A stretch of 60,677 bases of DNA, filler included, from Nemertoderma westbladi (lineage: Eukaryota; Animalia; Xenacoelomorpha): NCBI GenBank assembly GCA_032718475.1. It is 3 parts of 3 records of this genome, joined end to end, with 100 filler letters (N's around TTAATTAATTAA, not from the genome) between each part and the next. Parts side by side here need not be neighbours in the genome. Positions count along the whole stretch, not along the records: positions 48,941 to 60,677 come from JAUCBJ010007337.1; 2 more parts are not named here. The stretch is one strand, 5' to 3'. Within the stretch, counting starts at the first letter, position 1, and every line of letters starts with the position of its first letter. Shown here piece by piece: positions 59,495 to 60,677 of the stretch. The translations under genes and the position numbers were made by a program. The notes under the pieces are model-generated. The model saw nothing but the letters and a program-made list of their open reading frames with translations, was not told the DNA's origin and ran no database searches.

Positions 59495-60677
59495 CTGAGT
59501 TTGAGTTTGAGTTTGAGTTTATTTATTCCTCAATAAAAACGAAATAATTCATGAGTAATTGCACAGCAGACTGTAATCTGCTGGGTACTGTGTGGGTGGT
59601 CCTCCACTATAGCAAATCGCTAGTTCAGCTTCGGAACACCCACATACCATGGAGGAAAAGGGGTGTTTGTATATATTTTAGAACACATGACTAAGACCTA
59701 ATGTAACTGTTGTTGACTGAAATTGTGGCAGCATAAATAGTATGTCAAACATTAAAATATAATTGGCAAATGCAATGGTATGTAAAATCAGTTGTTGTGA
59801 GTGTATATATTATTACTGGTTTGTAAAAATATAAAATCGAGTTTGGCTGGTAATACTGATCTGAAATGAAATCTATGGCAGTATCTTGTAATTTTAAGAG
59901 ATTTTGAGCAAGTAATTCTTAAGTTTTAATTTAAAGATATTCAGACTGGAGCTGCTACGGATATTTTGTGGCAAGGAGTTCCAGAGTAAAGGGCCTTGAA
60001 CAGATACAGACTGGTGACGGACAATAAGACGGACATGTGGCAGGTGGTACAGACCAGCGGAGGCAGAGCGGGTGTTGTAGGAGTGCACTGAAGAAGCCCT
60101 GGTGAACAAGTGGGAAAGAGGGTGGGAGGGGTTACTATGAATATCGTACATTAGTGAGAGGACCTGGAATTGGAAAAGTTGATCTATAGGTAGTATACGT
60201 AGTTGTTGGTAGATTGGAAAGGCGGAGGACCGGTAGTGGCTAAATGTAATACATCGTAGAATTTTATTTAGTTTTGTTCGCAAAGGTTTGGTGATGGTAT
60301 TGTAGGTGCCACCCCAGACAATGAGACCATAGTAGATGTATGGATATATTAACGAGTAAAAGAGCATCCGTAAAATCTGTGGGCTGAGAATATGACGTAA
60401 TTTATAGAAAAGACCTCCGGTTCTAGAGATCTTTTTAAGAATGTAGCTTATGTGATTGCGGAATGTTAAATTATTGTCGATAATTATACCTAGGTACTTA
60501 AATGCAGATGTAAATTTTATTGGTTGACTATTAATAGATAGACCGTGAGATTGAGATTGGAATCTGGAGTTTTTAAATATGGAGTATTCTGTCTTATCAA
60601 TATTTAACGTTAGTCGGTTGTCACATAGCCAGTCATAGAGCAGGTTAGCGTCGTAATTCATGGAGTCGATTAGAGGA
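59495..60677 (-). mobile_element. CR1-group LINE 3' end (ORF2 C-terminus 59894-60677, 3' UTR and (AAACTC)n tail)
   Basis: WL..NRLTLNIDKT, FKYLGIIID.NLTF..HI, YGLIVWG, HSYNTRS, GPLLWNSLP. AATAAA is followed by the (AAACTC)n tail. Confidence 0.9.

Overview
Repeat-rich genomic DNA from an invertebrate animal (spliceosomal introns, PKG and NCX genes). It consists of three contigs joined by artificial N-TTAATTAATTAA-N linkers (26292-26391, 48841-48940), so adjacency across the gaps is not reliable. Contig 1 (1-26291) is a nest of mobile elements. A decayed BEL/Pao pol (- strand) carries an intact hATm-type DNA transposon (1850-5704; 15-bp TIR, 8-bp TSD) and is cut at 6337 by what looks like the left end (AGTAGT...) of a Polinton/Maverick. 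That Polinton arm encodes a PC4-like protein, a disrupted protein-primed PolB, a divergent TATA-binding-protein (TBP) homolog, an orphan ORF and an exonuclease-like pseudogene. It is itself invaded by a complete Gypsy element (identical 142-bp LTRs, candidate self-priming site) and by a second BEL element. Contig 2 holds Harbinger, LTR and LINE remnants, MITEs, a divergent NCX-like exon and two exons of cGMP-dependent protein kinase. Contig 3 holds three intronless enzyme genes (repeat-tailed sulfotransferase, DHRS1-like SDR lacking its catalytic Tyr, inositol monophosphatase), minisatellites and the 3' end of a CR1-group LINE. The best candidate for an undescribed system is the Polinton with TBP-like and PC4-like genes flanking its polymerase. 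All protein calls come from motif recognition by eye; no database searches were run.
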